Notes: generated by a model not told the origin, from the sequence alone. A stretch of DNA of 64,000 nt from an uncultured delta proteobacterium (GCA_963806225.1 CAWDXG010000001.1:288001-352000); one strand, 5' to 3'; positions 1 to 10,074 are shown, counted from the stretch's first letter. Numbers and translations: made by a program.

Positions 1-559
1 GGATCGTGAAGTCGTAGGGCTCGCCGTCGATCACCTTCTCGACATTCTTCAGGTGCTCGCCGAGCCCGGGATTCGTGTCCGCGATCGCCATGAACGTGAA
101 CGGGTCGCCCGGCGCGCGCGCCGTGCAGAAGCGCCCGGTGTCGCTCTTGTCGGCCGAAAGCACGTACGAGTAGCAGGTCGCAGGCGAGAGCCCGTCGAGC
201 TTCACCTCGTGCGTCCAGTACGTGCCGGCGGCGTCCGGCGGCGCGGCGGGATTGAGCGGCGCCGTGTACGTCTCCTTGATCTCGAAGGCCTTCGACGTGG
301 AGTCGAACTGCTTCGAGCCCTGGCCCTTCTCCGGCGTGAGCGTGAGCTTGCCGTCGGTGCCGTCACGGCAGGCTTCCCAGCGCACGACGGCCGAGCTGCC
401 GTCGACGTGCAGCACCCAGGGGCGCTTGCTCACGCCACTGGCGGGGCAGACCGCACCGGCGTCGCCGCCAGCGTCCTTTCCGGAATGTTGCGAACCGTTG
501 CTGCTGTTGCCGCAGGCCGGAAGCGCCAGCGCCAGCAGGACAAGAAAAGCCGATTTCAC
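1..559 (-). CDS. Purple acid phosphatase-like metallophosphoesterase lipoprotein (3' end runs off window)
   Basis: Not in the ORF track; translated by hand from GTG at 559. Lipobox LALPAC, FN3-like segment HEVKLDGLSPATCYSY, then FTFMAIADT (first metallophosphoesterase motif). Confidence 0.75.
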   Translation of the reverse strand, partial: MKSAFLVLLALALPACGNSSNGSQHSGKDAGGDAGAVCPASGVSKRPWVLHVDGSSAVVRWEACRDGTDGKLTLTPEKGQGSKQFDSTSKAFEIKETYTAPLNPAAPPDAAGTYWTHEVKLDGLSPATCYSYVLSADKSDTGRFCTARAPGDPFTFMAIADTNPGLGEHLKNVEKVIDGEPYDFTI

Positions 560-629
560 GACGGCAGGCTAGCATCGAGCTTCTCGCTTGTCCCAGACGA
601 GGCGCAAGCGCGCCGTGTATAGTGCGGCG

Positions 630-1019
630 ATGAGCTCGGGCTTGTCCGGAGATGTCCGGTGGGAGCGTCGCGATGCGCTGCTCCGCCTGATCGCCTTCCT
701 GTCCGTCGCGTTGCCTTTGTCGGTGATGCTTGCGATCTCGTTCATGGTCACGCCAGGCGACATCGAGAGCGGGCGCGTCGTGCTGTCGGGGCCGTGTACG
801 TTCCACCAGCTGTTCGGCCTCGACTGCCCGATGTGCGGCATGACGCGGGCGTTCGCTGCGCTCGGCCACGGGTGGCTGCTCGCCGCGTGGGGCTACAATC
901 GCGCTGCGCCGATCATGTATTTTGCCTTCTGGGCTGCGACAGCCTGGGCTTCCGGCGGGGCTGCCGGTGCGCTTTCCGATCTGCTGCCGGCGCGTGCCGT
1001 GCCCACGGAGGAGGGATGA
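630..1019 (+). CDS. DUF2752-like membrane protein
   Basis: Motif PCTFHQLFGLDCPMCGMTRA...AWGYN with flanking TM helices; ATG at 630. Confidence 0.8.
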   Translation: MSSGLSGDVRWERRDALLRLIAFLSVALPLSVMLAISFMVTPGDIESGRVVLSGPCTFHQLFGLDCPMCGMTRAFAALGHGWLLAAWGYNRAAPIMYFAFWAATAWASGGAAGALSDLLPARAVPTEEG

Positions 1020-1510
1020 ATCCGCCGCCTGGAGGCTACGGTCCGCCGCCCGGTCCGCCCGGCGGTTTCGTCCCGCCGCCTGGAGGTGCGCCGCCCGGTG
1101 GCGCACCTCCGCCGGGAGCTCCGCCGGGCGGTGGCTTCACGCCTCCGGGCTGGAATGCTCCACCGGGCGGCTACGGCGTCGGGCTGCCGCCGGGCGTGAG
1201 CCCCAGCGCCGGCTACGGCGGCCCGCCGGGCGCGGCGCAGGACCAGCTGGCGATCGTCTCGCTGCTGCTCGGCGTGTTCAGTCTGCTCCTGATGTTCTGC
1301 TGCGGGCCGCTGTCGATCGTGCTTGGCATCGCGGCGGTCACGTTCGGGCTGGTGTCGATCTCGCGCATCAACAAGGAGCCCATGCGCTACCGCGGCAAGG
1401 GCACCGCGATCGCCGGTGTCGTCGTCGGCGCGCTCGGCGCACTCGGCTACGTGCTCATGATCGCGTTGTTCGGAGCCTTCAGCGTCCTGTCGTCGCACGG
1501 CTGGCCGTGA
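1016..1510 (+). CDS. DUF4190-like membrane protein with Pro/Gly-rich N-terminus
   Basis: ATGA overlap with upstream gene. LAIVSLLLG...GLVSISRI...RGKGTAIAGVVVG pattern. Confidence 0.8.
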   Translation: MNPPPGGYGPPPGPPGGFVPPPGGAPPGGAPPPGAPPGGGFTPPGWNAPPGGYGVGLPPGVSPSAGYGGPPGAAQDQLAIVSLLLGVFSLLLMFCCGPLSIVLGIAAVTFGLVSISRINKEPMRYRGKGTAIAGVVVGALGALGYVLMIALFGAFSVLSSHGWP

Positions 1511-1519
1511 GCGACGCGC

Positions 1520-2836
1520 TCAGCCGGGGCGCCACACCGCGCCGAGGTTCCAGCGCTCGAGCCCGTGGACTCCGGGAATGTGCGCGCCCGCGATCCTGAG
1601 CTCGCCCACGATGCCGAGCGCGAGCGTACGCGCGATGTCGCGCGGATCGAACTTCGAGAGCCGCGGCGGGTGGCGGGCCAGCGCGGCGTCCGCCGCGGTG
1701 AGCAGCGAAAGGAGTGTCGTCTTTCCCGGTGGACCAATGGGACGGACGAAATCGAGCATCAGCGCGAACCGCCGTTCTGCCCGTCGGCGCTTCAGCGCCG
1801 CCCATCCCTGGGGCAGGGGGCGCACCTCGTGACCGGGCCGCGATAGCAGCGCGGCGAGCGCGCGCGCGATCTCGACAAGGTGCGGCGCGTCGTCGCGCAC
1901 CAGCAGATCCGCGGGCGCGCCGCCCCAGGCGTAGCTGCCGCTCGGCGAGGTCAGCCCGTGCAGGCCCAGATAGGCGAGGCGCGACGGTGGCACCGCGTCC
2001 AGCAGTCCCTGGGCGACGCCGGGCGCACCCCAGCTGCCCGCGTCGCGCCCCGTTCTCAGCACGACCCAGCCGAACGGCCCCGCGTCGAAGTCCACCGCAC
2101 CCGCGCGCGGGCGGTGCAGCCCGCGGCCGAGCCAGCCCACGTCGGCCTCGCCGGCCTCGAACGCGCGCAGCGCGCCGGCCAGGTCCGCGGCGCGCGCCAC
2201 CCGGATGCGATCGAGGTACGCCGCGCCGCGCGCGGCGTGCAGGTTCTGCACGAGCGTCAGGCTCTGGCCGCGCGGGGTCGCCCGGAACGCTCCGGTGCCG
2301 TCGGGCGCGGACGCCGAGAACGCGCGGGGCAGGAGAGCGGTGATCGGGCTCGACAGCGCCCTGGCCAGCGCGTCGGGATCCGCGCCCGGAACCAGCACCG
2401 CCAGCGGATTGTCCGGGTCGCGAACCGGTCTGCCGAAAGGCGCCAGGAGCGCCAGCCCGCCGCGCGCGGCGGAGCGTCGGAGCGACCAGACCAGATCGCG
2501 CGAGTCCAGACCGCGACCCCGCGCCGTGGACATCAGCGGCCTGAGCGCGACGCGTGTGCCCTTCGGCGTGCGCTCGGGCAGGCTGGCGGCCAATGCGGGG
2601 TAGGGGCGGCCGTGCGCGTCGATCGCGTACAGCGGATCGGCGATGGCCGACGCGAACAGCGCCGCGGCCGGGTCGTCGATCTCGTGCGGATCGATGCTGG
2701 CGAGCGGCCAGGGTAGCGAGAGCGCCAGCCGCCCTCCGTAGGGAATGCGGCCGAGGGCGTGCGCCGCTCCAGCACTCGTGACGCCCAGTAGCCAGGCGCG
2801 CCGACCCAGCCGCCAGCCGTTCAGCGGACCACCCAA
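1520..2836 (-). CDS. Family-5-like extracellular solute-binding protein, probable Tat substrate
   Basis: TTG at 2836 with GGAGG 6 nt upstream; RRAWLL signal. SIDP...DPLY...PALA, GTGAF and AFEAGEADV resemble SBP_bac_5. No ABC permease adjacent. Confidence 0.6.
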   Translation of the reverse strand: MGGPLNGWRLGRRAWLLGVTSAGAAHALGRIPYGGRLALSLPWPLASIDPHEIDDPAAALFASAIADPLYAIDAHGRPYPALAASLPERTPKGTRVALRPLMSTARGRGLDSRDLVWSLRRSAARGGLALLAPFGRPVRDPDNPLAVLVPGADPDALARALSSPITALLPRAFSASAPDGTGAFRATPRGQSLTLVQNLHAARGAAYLDRIRVARAADLAGALRAFEAGEADVGWLGRGLHRPRAGAVDFDAGPFGWVVLRTGRDAGSWGAPGVAQGLLDAVPPSRLAYLGLHGLTSPSGSYAWGGAPADLLVRDDAPHLVEIARALAALLSRPGHEVRPLPQGWAALKRRRAERRFALMLDFVRPIGPPGKTTLLSLLTAADAALARHPPRLSKFDPRDIARTLALGIVGELRIAGAHIPGVHGLERWNLGAVWRPG

Positions 2837-4194
2837 ACTCCGCCTCCGGTGGCGATCGCGACGGGCGCCGGACCCTCGTCTTCCGGCGGGCATACGGCCA
2901 GCGCGTGCACGCCGTCCGGCACGGCCAGCCTGAGCCGTTCCACCACGCGGCCGTCGTCGCGCCAGGTGCGCACGATCAAGGCGTCGGCGTGTGGATCCAG
3001 CGTGTCCGCTCCGCTCAGGAGCTCGGGCTGCCCGTCGCCGTCCACGTCGCCGACCGCGAGCTGGGCGCCGACCCCGTCCACGCGCGCGGTGCGCCCGCGG
3101 TCGTCGCGGAGCAGAGCGACGGACTTGTTCGCGATGCGTTCAACGCGGAAGCGATGCGCGGTCCCGTCGCGCCCGCGGATCAGCGCGCCGGCGACGGCGT
3201 CGGCCGGGCTCGCGAATCCGGAGAGCGCGACGTCGCCGTCGTTCGGTTGACAGGGTTCGATGTGCGTGGACAGCGCCACGCCGGCGAAGCGCACGCAGCC
3301 GCCAGGTGACCAGGGGATCCGCCGCGGAACCTTGGCGAGCGGCTTCAACCCGGCGTCGAGCCGGACCTCGTCGGCGCGGTCGCTGATGCCAACGTCGATG
3401 TGCCCGGGGTGGAGCGAGATGGCGCCGAGCGGCTGTCCGAGCGGGAACGGTGCGACCGGCGACAGCGTCGACCAGGCGACGGACGCGCGCGGGACCAGTC
3501 GTCCGGAGCGCAGGCGTCCGACGTTGATCCCGTGGCGTCCGGCCAGCACGAGCTCGAGCCCGCCGTCGCCTGCGACGTCGCCGCAGGCGACGGCCACCGG
3601 CTGTCGCTCGGGCGAGCTCGCCTTGTCGATGTGGCTCACCACCAGGCGGACCGGTGGCAGGAAGGATCGCACCTCGGCGTCGATGCGACGGCTGGCGAAG
3701 GCGTGGTGGATCGGGCTCGGGTCCGGATCGCGCACGCGGTCCCAGAAGTTGTGCGGTACGGGGTACTCGTCGGCGGTTACCTGGAGCTTGCCGCCCGCGA
3801 TGCGCGGCTGCAGGTAGACGAGGGTGCCCGCATCGCTGGCGAGCGAGCGCGCCCGGGCGAGCCCTGCGGGCTTGTCGTAGGCCCGGACCTGGTGGCCTGC
3901 CGCGCCGGCCGTGACCCGCGCGATCCGCCCCACGAGAGCGTCTTTTCTGTCGACCTTGACCTCGCTTACGAGCGGTGCCGCGACCACCAGCGTCCGTGCC
4001 GGCAGGGCGCCGAGGGCGCCCGACAGCTCACACGCTATCTCGCTGATCGCGCTTCTCTGGCCGTGGCTGCAGGCGTGTGGGTGTGGCGGCCCGGGCCGCC
4101 GGCCTGAGGGCGGAACGGCTGCAGCTGGCGCTGCAGGAGCGGCCTCGGCGGCCAGAAGACCAGCCAGCAGAATCGCCTGGAAGGCGGGGCGCAT
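2821..4194 (-). CDS. Secreted protein with FG-GAP/VCBS-like repeats
   Basis: Signal peptide; GDVAGDGGLELV and GDVDGDGQPELL motifs. Confidence 0.65.
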   Translation of the reverse strand: MRPAFQAILLAGLLAAEAAPAAPAAAVPPSGRRPGPPHPHACSHGQRSAISEIACELSGALGALPARTLVVAAPLVSEVKVDRKDALVGRIARVTAGAAGHQVRAYDKPAGLARARSLASDAGTLVYLQPRIAGGKLQVTADEYPVPHNFWDRVRDPDPSPIHHAFASRRIDAEVRSFLPPVRLVVSHIDKASSPERQPVAVACGDVAGDGGLELVLAGRHGINVGRLRSGRLVPRASVAWSTLSPVAPFPLGQPLGAISLHPGHIDVGISDRADEVRLDAGLKPLAKVPRRIPWSPGGCVRFAGVALSTHIEPCQPNDGDVALSGFASPADAVAGALIRGRDGTAHRFRVERIANKSVALLRDDRGRTARVDGVGAQLAVGDVDGDGQPELLSGADTLDPHADALIVRTWRDDGRVVERLRLAVPDGVHALAVCPPEDEGPAPVAIATGGGVWVVR

Positions 4195-4278
4195 GAGTAT
4201 TCCCTCGGGTTCCTGGATCGCGCGCGCGACAATTAATGGAGCCGCGCGGGAACCATCCTATGATATCGGATCGGGAGC

Positions 4279-4974
4279 TTGTTCTCCCGTCGCCTGATTC
4301 CGCTTCTGGCCGCCGCTCTCGCGGCGGGCACGCTGGTGCTGCTGCTCGCCCCGCGGGCCCGGGCGCAGTGCGTGGACGAAGCGCTCAAGCAGCAGCTGGT
4401 CGGTCGCCGCGCCTACCGGGGCGTGGTTCCGAGGTTGTTCAAAAAGGCGCTGCGCCACGAGCTCTCGCCCCTGGGCGGTTGGTACGCCGCGGATCTGGCG
4501 GACTCCGCGCCGGTCTGGGGCGGCGCGTACACGTTCAACTTCAGCGAGGATCTGGGACTCGAGGCGTCGTATCTGCGCTATCGGCAGTCGTACAAGCTGC
4601 TCGACGCCGTGGTGGCCCGCCAGCAGGGGCTCATCCAGATCCAGTCGACTCCGGTCGAGACGGTGCAGCTGTTCATGGGAAATCTGATCTGGTCGCTGGC
4701 CTACGGCAAGGTGCGTTGGCTGGGCGGCGCGATCAGCAGGTTTGACTTCTATCTTGCGCTCGGAGCGGGTGCGACCGACGAGCGCGACTCGGTCGGCCTG
4801 ACGGGTTCGGGCGGCTTCGGCATGAAATTCTACCTGGCCCAGTGGTTGGCGCTGCGCCTGGATGTCCGCGACTACGTCCACAACCGCAGGGTGCCTGCCC
4901 TGGCCGTCCAGAAGGTTGTGAACGATGTGAACGCACTCGGCGGTTTGAGCGTGTTCATCCCGTTTACCGACTGA
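4279..4974 (+). CDS. Myxobacterial outer-membrane beta-barrel protein (GltA/GltB/GltH-like family)
   Basis: Signal peptide; RHELSPLGG, YGKV..LGG...RFDFYLALGAG, WLALRLDVRDY; C-terminal GLSVFIP amphipathic strands. Confidence 0.7.
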   Translation: MFSRRLIPLLAAALAAGTLVLLLAPRARAQCVDEALKQQLVGRRAYRGVVPRLFKKALRHELSPLGGWYAADLADSAPVWGGAYTFNFSEDLGLEASYLRYRQSYKLLDAVVARQQGLIQIQSTPVETVQLFMGNLIWSLAYGKVRWLGGAISRFDFYLALGAGATDERDSVGLTGSGGFGMKFYLAQWLALRLDVRDYVHNRRVPALAVQKVVNDVNALGGLSVFIPFTD

Positions 4975-5029
4975 CCAGCCCATTTTCCGTTCGAGCCGGG
5001 GGGCGATTCGGGAGTATGCTCCACGGTCG

Positions 5030-6583
5030 GTGCGAAGTCGCCGCGATCCGGACAGCAATTCCGAGTCCACGCCGGGCTCGAGCCTGCAGACCCGCTCGTC
5101 CGGGGCCCTGCGCCTGTCCGGCGCCGACATCGACCGGCTGCTCGAGTCGCTGGAGCAGCCCGCGGCTCTCTGCACCGTTGACGCTCGCGTGATGCTCGTG
5201 AACCCGGCGTTCGAGCGGGTCTACTCGAGCGCTCTGGATCCGGAGCTGCCGCTCGTGAGCAGCGCGGCCGCGCGGGATGCGCTGCGCGCGGGACACATCT
5301 GGTATGGGGCGAGTGTGCTGTCCGGCACCGTCACGCTGGTCCCGCTTCGTTCTGCAGACGGCGAGGTCGGCGCCTGCCTGGCACTGCTCGCCGACACGCA
5401 GAAGGAGCTCGAGACCGCCCGGCTCAGGGGCCAGCTCGAACAGCTTCGCCGCACGGAGAGCCTGGGGCAGCTCGCCAGCGGCATCGCGCACGACTTCAAC
5501 AACATGCTGGCCGTGATCCTCAACTACGTGAAGCTGGCCGAGCGCCGCCTGGCTTCCGGGGCAGCGGCCGTAGACGCCCTGCACCACATCCGCGACGCCG
5601 CCGAGCGTTCCGCCGGGATCACCCAGCAGCTGCTCGCGCTCAGCCGTGGACCGGCCGGCGATGTCGCGTCGGTCGATGTGAACGCTTCCATCTCCAGCCT
5701 CGAAGCCGTGCTGCGCGGCATGCTCGGTGAGCAGATCCAATACCGCGTGGAGCTCGACGAACAGCTGTGGCGGGCGCGGCTTGGTAGTGCCCAGCTGCAG
5801 CGGATCCTGCTCAATCTCGCTGCCAACTCGCGCGATGCGATGCCGGACGGCGGTACCTTCAGCGTGCGCACGGCCAATGCGCAGATCGACGCGTCGCTGG
5901 CCGACGAGCACGAGGACCTGTCGCCCGGGCGGTACGTCCAGATCGAGATCGGCGACACAGGCCCCGGCATGCCTAGCGACGTCGCGGACCACATCTTCGA
6001 ACCGTTCTTCACCACCAAGGAGGTGGGCGTCGGCACCGGGCTCGGGCTCTCGATCATCGAGGGCATCATCAAACAGGCGGGCGGTCACATCTCCGTGTCG
6101 AGCCGGATGGGCGCCGGAACGACCTTCACCGTCTACCTCCTGGCCGACGCGGTGAGAGCGACACAGCCGTCACCGTCAGCCGAAGGCGGTGCCGGCCAGC
6201 GCACCATCCTGGTTGTCGACGACGAGGGACCGCTCCGGCGCGCCGTCGCCCGGATGCTGGCCGACAGCGGCTATCTCGTTCTGCAGGCCGCGGACGGGCT
6301 CGATGCCGTCGAGCTTCTGGAAGAGCGGAAAGAGCCCGTCGATCTCGTGCTCACCGACGTGCTGATGCCGCGCATGAGCGGAGTCGAGCTGGTCAAGCTT
6401 CTGGCCGACCAATACCCTTCGGTCGAGGCCGTGCTGATGTCCGGCTACACGCATGGCCTGATCTCGAAAGGCGGCCTCGAGCCCGCGAGCCTCCTGTTTC
6501 TGCAGAAGCCGTTCAGCAAGGACGAGCTGCTCGAAAAGGTCGAGCTGGCCTGGGGGCGCGCCGCGGCGGCAGAACGCAGCTGA
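5030..6583 (+). CDS. Hybrid sensor histidine kinase/response regulator (PAS-HisKA-HATPase-REC, CckA-like)
   Basis: GIAHDFNNML H-box, NLAANSRDAM, DTGPGM, FEPFFTTK, GTGLGL; receiver ILVVDDE...DLVLTDVLMP...KPF. Confidence 0.92.
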   Translation: MRSRRDPDSNSESTPGSSLQTRSSGALRLSGADIDRLLESLEQPAALCTVDARVMLVNPAFERVYSSALDPELPLVSSAAARDALRAGHIWYGASVLSGTVTLVPLRSADGEVGACLALLADTQKELETARLRGQLEQLRRTESLGQLASGIAHDFNNMLAVILNYVKLAERRLASGAAAVDALHHIRDAAERSAGITQQLLALSRGPAGDVASVDVNASISSLEAVLRGMLGEQIQYRVELDEQLWRARLGSAQLQRILLNLAANSRDAMPDGGTFSVRTANAQIDASLADEHEDLSPGRYVQIEIGDTGPGMPSDVADHIFEPFFTTKEVGVGTGLGLSIIEGIIKQAGGHISVSSRMGAGTTFTVYLLADAVRATQPSPSAEGGAGQRTILVVDDEGPLRRAVARMLADSGYLVLQAADGLDAVELLEERKEPVDLVLTDVLMPRMSGVELVKLLADQYPSVEAVLMSGYTHGLISKGGLEPASLLFLQKPFSKDELLEKVELAWGRAAAAERS

Positions 6584-6710
6584 GGCCCCAAGCCGCGCGG
6601 AAATGAGCGGCGGCAGCCTGAACACCGGATGCCCTTGCCGTGAGCGGGTCGGGTGGTTTTGATCGGGCCCCCGGACCCGTCGCGCCGGGCACGAACCGGA
6701 AGCTACAGAC

Positions 6711-7454
6711 ATGTACAAAGTCGTCCTTCTCCGCCATGGCCAGAGCCAGTGGAACCTCGAGAATCGCTTCACCGGCTGGGTGGACGTTCCGCTTAGCGAC
6801 AAGGGGGTCGAGGAGGCCCACCGTGCGGCGGAGCTTCTACGCGCCGACGGCTACTCCTTCGACGTCGCCTTCACGTCGGTGCTGAAGCGAGCCATCAAGA
6901 CGCTCTGGATCGTGCTCGAGGATCTCGACCAGATGTGGATCCCGGTCCACCGCAGCTGGCGCGTCAACGAGCGCATGTACGGCGCGCTGCAGGGGCTCAA
7001 CAAGGCCGAGACGGCCGAGAAGCACGGCGAAGAGCAGGTGCATCTGTGGCGCCGCAGCTACGCCACGCCGCCGCCCGCGCTCACCCAGGACGACGAGCGC
7101 TGGCCCGGCCACGACCCGCGCTACGCCAATCTCGAGCCGGACGAGATCCCGGCGACCGAGTGCCTGAAGGATACGGTCGAGCGCTTCCTGCCCTACTGGG
7201 AGAGCGACATCGCGCCGGCCATCAAGAGCGGCCGGCGCGTCGTTGTCGCCGCGCACGGCAACAGCCTGCGAGCGCTGGTCAAGCACCTGGACAACGTGAG
7301 CGAGGAGGACATCGTCGGGCTCAACATCCCGACGGGCATCCCGCTCATCTACGAGCTCGACGACGCGCTCAAGCCCATCCGCCACTACTACCTGGGCGAT
7401 CCCGAAGCCGCCGAGAAGGCCGCCAAGGCCGTGGCCGCGCAGGCGAAGGGCTGA
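6711..7454 (+). CDS. gpmA: 2,3-bisphosphoglycerate-dependent phosphoglycerate mutase
   Basis: [36 protein letters not shown]. Confidence 0.97.
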   Translation: MYKVVLLRHGQSQWNLENRFTGWVDVPLSDKGVEEAHRAAELLRADGYSFDVAFTSVLKRAIKTLWIVLEDLDQMWIPVHRSWRVNERMYGALQGLNKAETAEKHGEEQVHLWRRSYATPPPALTQDDERWPGHDPRYANLEPDEIPATECLKDTVERFLPYWESDIAPAIKSGRRVVVAAHGNSLRALVKHLDNVSEEDIVGLNIPTGIPLIYELDDALKPIRHYYLGDPEAAEKAAKAVAAQAKG

Positions 7455-7459
7455 GCGGG

Positions 7460-8272
7460 CTACAGGCTGCAGGCCGCCTGGGAGACGAACTGCGGCACGA
7501 GCCGGCAGTGACCGGAGTAGCAGGCGTAACCCTCGCACTGGGTCGGAGCCGTGCACGCCAATCCGACGGGTCGGGCGGCGATGCAGGTCTTGCTGCCCTC
7601 GAAGTCGCAGACCGCGCCACGCGCGCACATGTCGCCCGATGCTCCGTCGGGGCACGGCGTACCGAGCGGGAGCCAGGGTTGGCAGCTTCCGTTCTGGCAG
7701 ATCAGTTCGGGAGCGCAGTCGACCACCGCGTGCGTGGAAAAGCCGCACGATTCGCCCTTGCCGGTCACGCGGTAGGGTTCGCAGGTGTACGGACCCGGGG
7801 CGGGCGAAGTGCACACGTCTCCGGTGGTGCACTCGCCATTCGTGGTGCACTCCGCCCCGGTCGGGAGGTCGCCGTCGCGGTAGACGGCAGCGCATCCACT
7901 CCGATCGATCTCCTTGAACGGAAGGCACTGCTCGATTCCACGCCGCACCTGGGCCAGGCAACGCGCCGCGGCTACGCCGTCGTAGTGCGCGCCGTGCTGC
8001 TTCGCGGCGTCGTCGGCGGCGGCGCTGGCGGAACGCGATCGTGCGACGCATCCGTTCTTCGCCACGCGATACCCAGCGAGCCTGCAGCAGCGGCCGATCC
8101 CGTCGCAGGAGGCGTGGGCGAGCGCGTCGGGGTAGTCCGGTTCCGCGATGCTGGCCTGGTCGAGACTGGTGCGCGCGCCGCAAGCGCCGGACGATGCGGC
8201 GAACGCCAGCGCGAGAGCGCCGACGAGGCGCGACCCCCGTCGGCTCCGCAAGGAGCAATCCCGCCGGGCCAT
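7460..8272 (-). CDS. Cys-rich lipoprotein
   Basis: SD AGGAG before ATG at 8272; lipobox-like SSGAC followed by GARTSL; many GxxC/CxxGxxC repeats. Confidence 0.7.
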   Translation of the reverse strand: MARRDCSLRSRRGSRLVGALALAFAASSGACGARTSLDQASIAEPDYPDALAHASCDGIGRCCRLAGYRVAKNGCVARSRSASAAADDAAKQHGAHYDGVAAARCLAQVRRGIEQCLPFKEIDRSGCAAVYRDGDLPTGAECTTNGECTTGDVCTSPAPGPYTCEPYRVTGKGESCGFSTHAVVDCAPELICQNGSCQPWLPLGTPCPDGASGDMCARGAVCDFEGSKTCIAARPVGLACTAPTQCEGYACYSGHCRLVPQFVSQAACSL

Positions 8273-8316
8273 GACTCCTAGATTGCGCCCGGTGCCGACG
8301 CCTCGTCCACGCGCCA

Positions 8317-8385
8317 AGGCCGTAGCAAAATGCCACATTTTTGTGACATTTTGCTACGGCCTCCTGCGACAGGGGTGTTGTCGCA
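8317..8385. promoter_or_regulatory. 46-bp near-perfect palindrome plus adjacent 7-bp inverted repeat in a divergent intergenic region
   Basis: AGGCCGTAGCAAAATGCCACA-TTTT-TGTGACATTTTGCTACGGCCT (20/21 arm match), then TGCGACA-N7-TGTCGCA at 8365-8385. Confidence 0.6.
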
Positions 8386-8404
8386 ATGGCTTCCGCGGCG
8401 CAGG

Positions 8405-9259
8405 ATGGACGCGTTGCTTCGTTCGGTCCTTCTCGCTTCGCTCGTCGCGCTGACCGCGGCCTGCTCGTCTTCCGGACAACAGCCGGCCGGCTCCGGCTCC
8501 GGCGGGAGCGACGCGGCGCTCGAGGCTGCCGCGGGCTCCGGTGGCAGCGGCGGGGACTCGGCGGCGGATGCCGCCCCGGACACGTCGGTCGATGCCGCGC
8601 TGGACGCCGGAACCGACGCCGACGCGTCGAGCACCGACGCCTCGAGCACCGATGCATCGGATGCTTCGCCGGCCGACGCGGCCGCCGACGCCGATGCCCA
8701 GGTCGACTACGATGCGCAGGCCGTCGACGGCAGCAGCTGTGGCGCGCTGATCCAGCAGCATCCGATCGAGGGCGCACTGCATGTGACGCCGTGCTCACAG
8801 GTCAGCTACGGGACCAATCCGCCTTCGTCCGGCAACCACTATCCGATCTGGGCCGACTACAAGACCTACACGCGGCCCGTCCCGCGCGGGTTCTGGGTGC
8901 ACAATCTGGAGCACGGCGCCGTGGTGATCACCTACAACTGCCCTGGCGGCTGTGCGGGCGAGGTCGCGCAGGCGCAGTCGGTGATCGACTCCTACGCCGA
9001 CCTGGGCTGCTTCACGTCGGCGGGTGTGCCGCGCCGCATCGTGATGACGCCCGATCCCCTACTCGACGTGCGCTGGGCGGCCAGCTCCTGGGGCTGGACC
9101 CTCCGGGCGAGCTGCTTCGAGCCCGCGGTTTTCCTGAAGTTCATCCAGGATCACTACAACCACGCGCCCGAGAACGAGTGCCACGGCGACTGGGATTTCC
9201 AGCCGGACGGCGGACCGCTCGTCTTGCCCTGCAGCGATGCCGGCGCCGACGGGGGATGA
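8405..9259 (+). CDS. DUF3105-like lipoprotein
   Basis: Lipobox LTAAC; DAG-rich linker; YGTNPPSSGNHY...VHNLEHGAVVITYNC...APE. Confidence 0.8.
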   Translation: MDALLRSVLLASLVALTAACSSSGQQPAGSGSGGSDAALEAAAGSGGSGGDSAADAAPDTSVDAALDAGTDADASSTDASSTDASDASPADAAADADAQVDYDAQAVDGSSCGALIQQHPIEGALHVTPCSQVSYGTNPPSSGNHYPIWADYKTYTRPVPRGFWVHNLEHGAVVITYNCPGGCAGEVAQAQSVIDSYADLGCFTSAGVPRRIVMTPDPLLDVRWAASSWGWTLRASCFEPAVFLKFIQDHYNHAPENECHGDWDFQPDGGPLVLPCSDAGADGG

Positions 9260-9303
9260 CGGATCGCAATCGGGTCCGCCCATGGTAACCTCGGCGCCTG
9301 CCT

Positions 9304-10071
9304 ATGCGAAAGCGCCTGTTCGCCCTGCTTGTCGCGCCGCTGGTCGTGCTGTTCGCGCTGGTCGCTCTGGCGCAGCCGCACAAGGCAAGCGGCAAGAAGG
9401 AAAAGGGGAAGTCGGCCGACAAGACGCCTGCCGCTGCGACCTCCGCCCAGGCGGGCGACGCGGGAGCGCAGGGCGCTGCCGCCCAGGTGAGCGTCAGCGG
9501 CAACGAGGACATCGGCGGCCCGCCGCCGAAGTCCGCGCGCGGCGACGGCGGCCCGAAGCCTTCCCCGCTCAACCCGGCCGCCAACGAGTTCCCCGAGGGT
9601 GGCGCTCCGGCCCCGCCGCCGGACTACAACAAGCTACTCGGCGACATCGCCGCGCTCCGCAGCCGCGTCGCTGCGATGACCACGACGATGTTCGCGAGCA
9701 AGCTGCAGGTCATCGTCGAGACCGACGACAGCAGTGACGCCCGCATCACCAGCTTCACGGTCACCCTGGACGACGGCGTCATCTATTCCGCGCCGAAGAA
9801 CTTCAGCGCCGAGGACGAGCGGACCGTGTACGAACACGCCGTCGCGCCCGGGCATCACGTGATCGGTGTGGATGTGGAGCGCTACGACGCGCGCGGCAAG
9901 GAATACCAGACCTGGCAGAGCTCCAAGTTCTCGGTCGTCGTTCCCGAAGGCAAGCGCCTGTCGGCGCACCTCCGGCTGGAGGACGACTCCGACATGGCGG
10001 CCGACTTCCCCGACGACCAAGACGGCGAATACGACCTGCGTGTGCGTCTCCGGGCGCTCGTTGTCGACTGA
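9304..10071 (+). CDS. Secreted hypothetical protein (coiled coil plus beta-sandwich), first gene of the Glt-like TPR operon
   Basis: Signal peptide, low-complexity linker, LDDGVIY...VAPGHHVIGVDVE beta-rich domain; ends 3 nt before the next gene. Confidence 0.75.
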   Translation: MRKRLFALLVAPLVVLFALVALAQPHKASGKKEKGKSADKTPAAATSAQAGDAGAQGAAAQVSVSGNEDIGGPPPKSARGDGGPKPSPLNPAANEFPEGGAPAPPPDYNKLLGDIAALRSRVAAMTTTMFASKLQVIVETDDSSDARITSFTVTLDDGVIYSAPKNFSAEDERTVYEHAVAPGHHVIGVDVERYDARGKEYQTWQSSKFSVVVPEGKRLSAHLRLEDDSDMAADFPDDQDGEYDLRVRLRALVVD

Positions 10072-10074
10072 GCT

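Noticed and set aside
6837..8798. Long alternative-frame and antisense ORFs (also 17946-20036, 14082-15767, 49802-51367, 59210-60769, 60847-62748)
   Set aside because: Shadow ORFs expected at high GC; no motifs, and they overlap well-supported genes.
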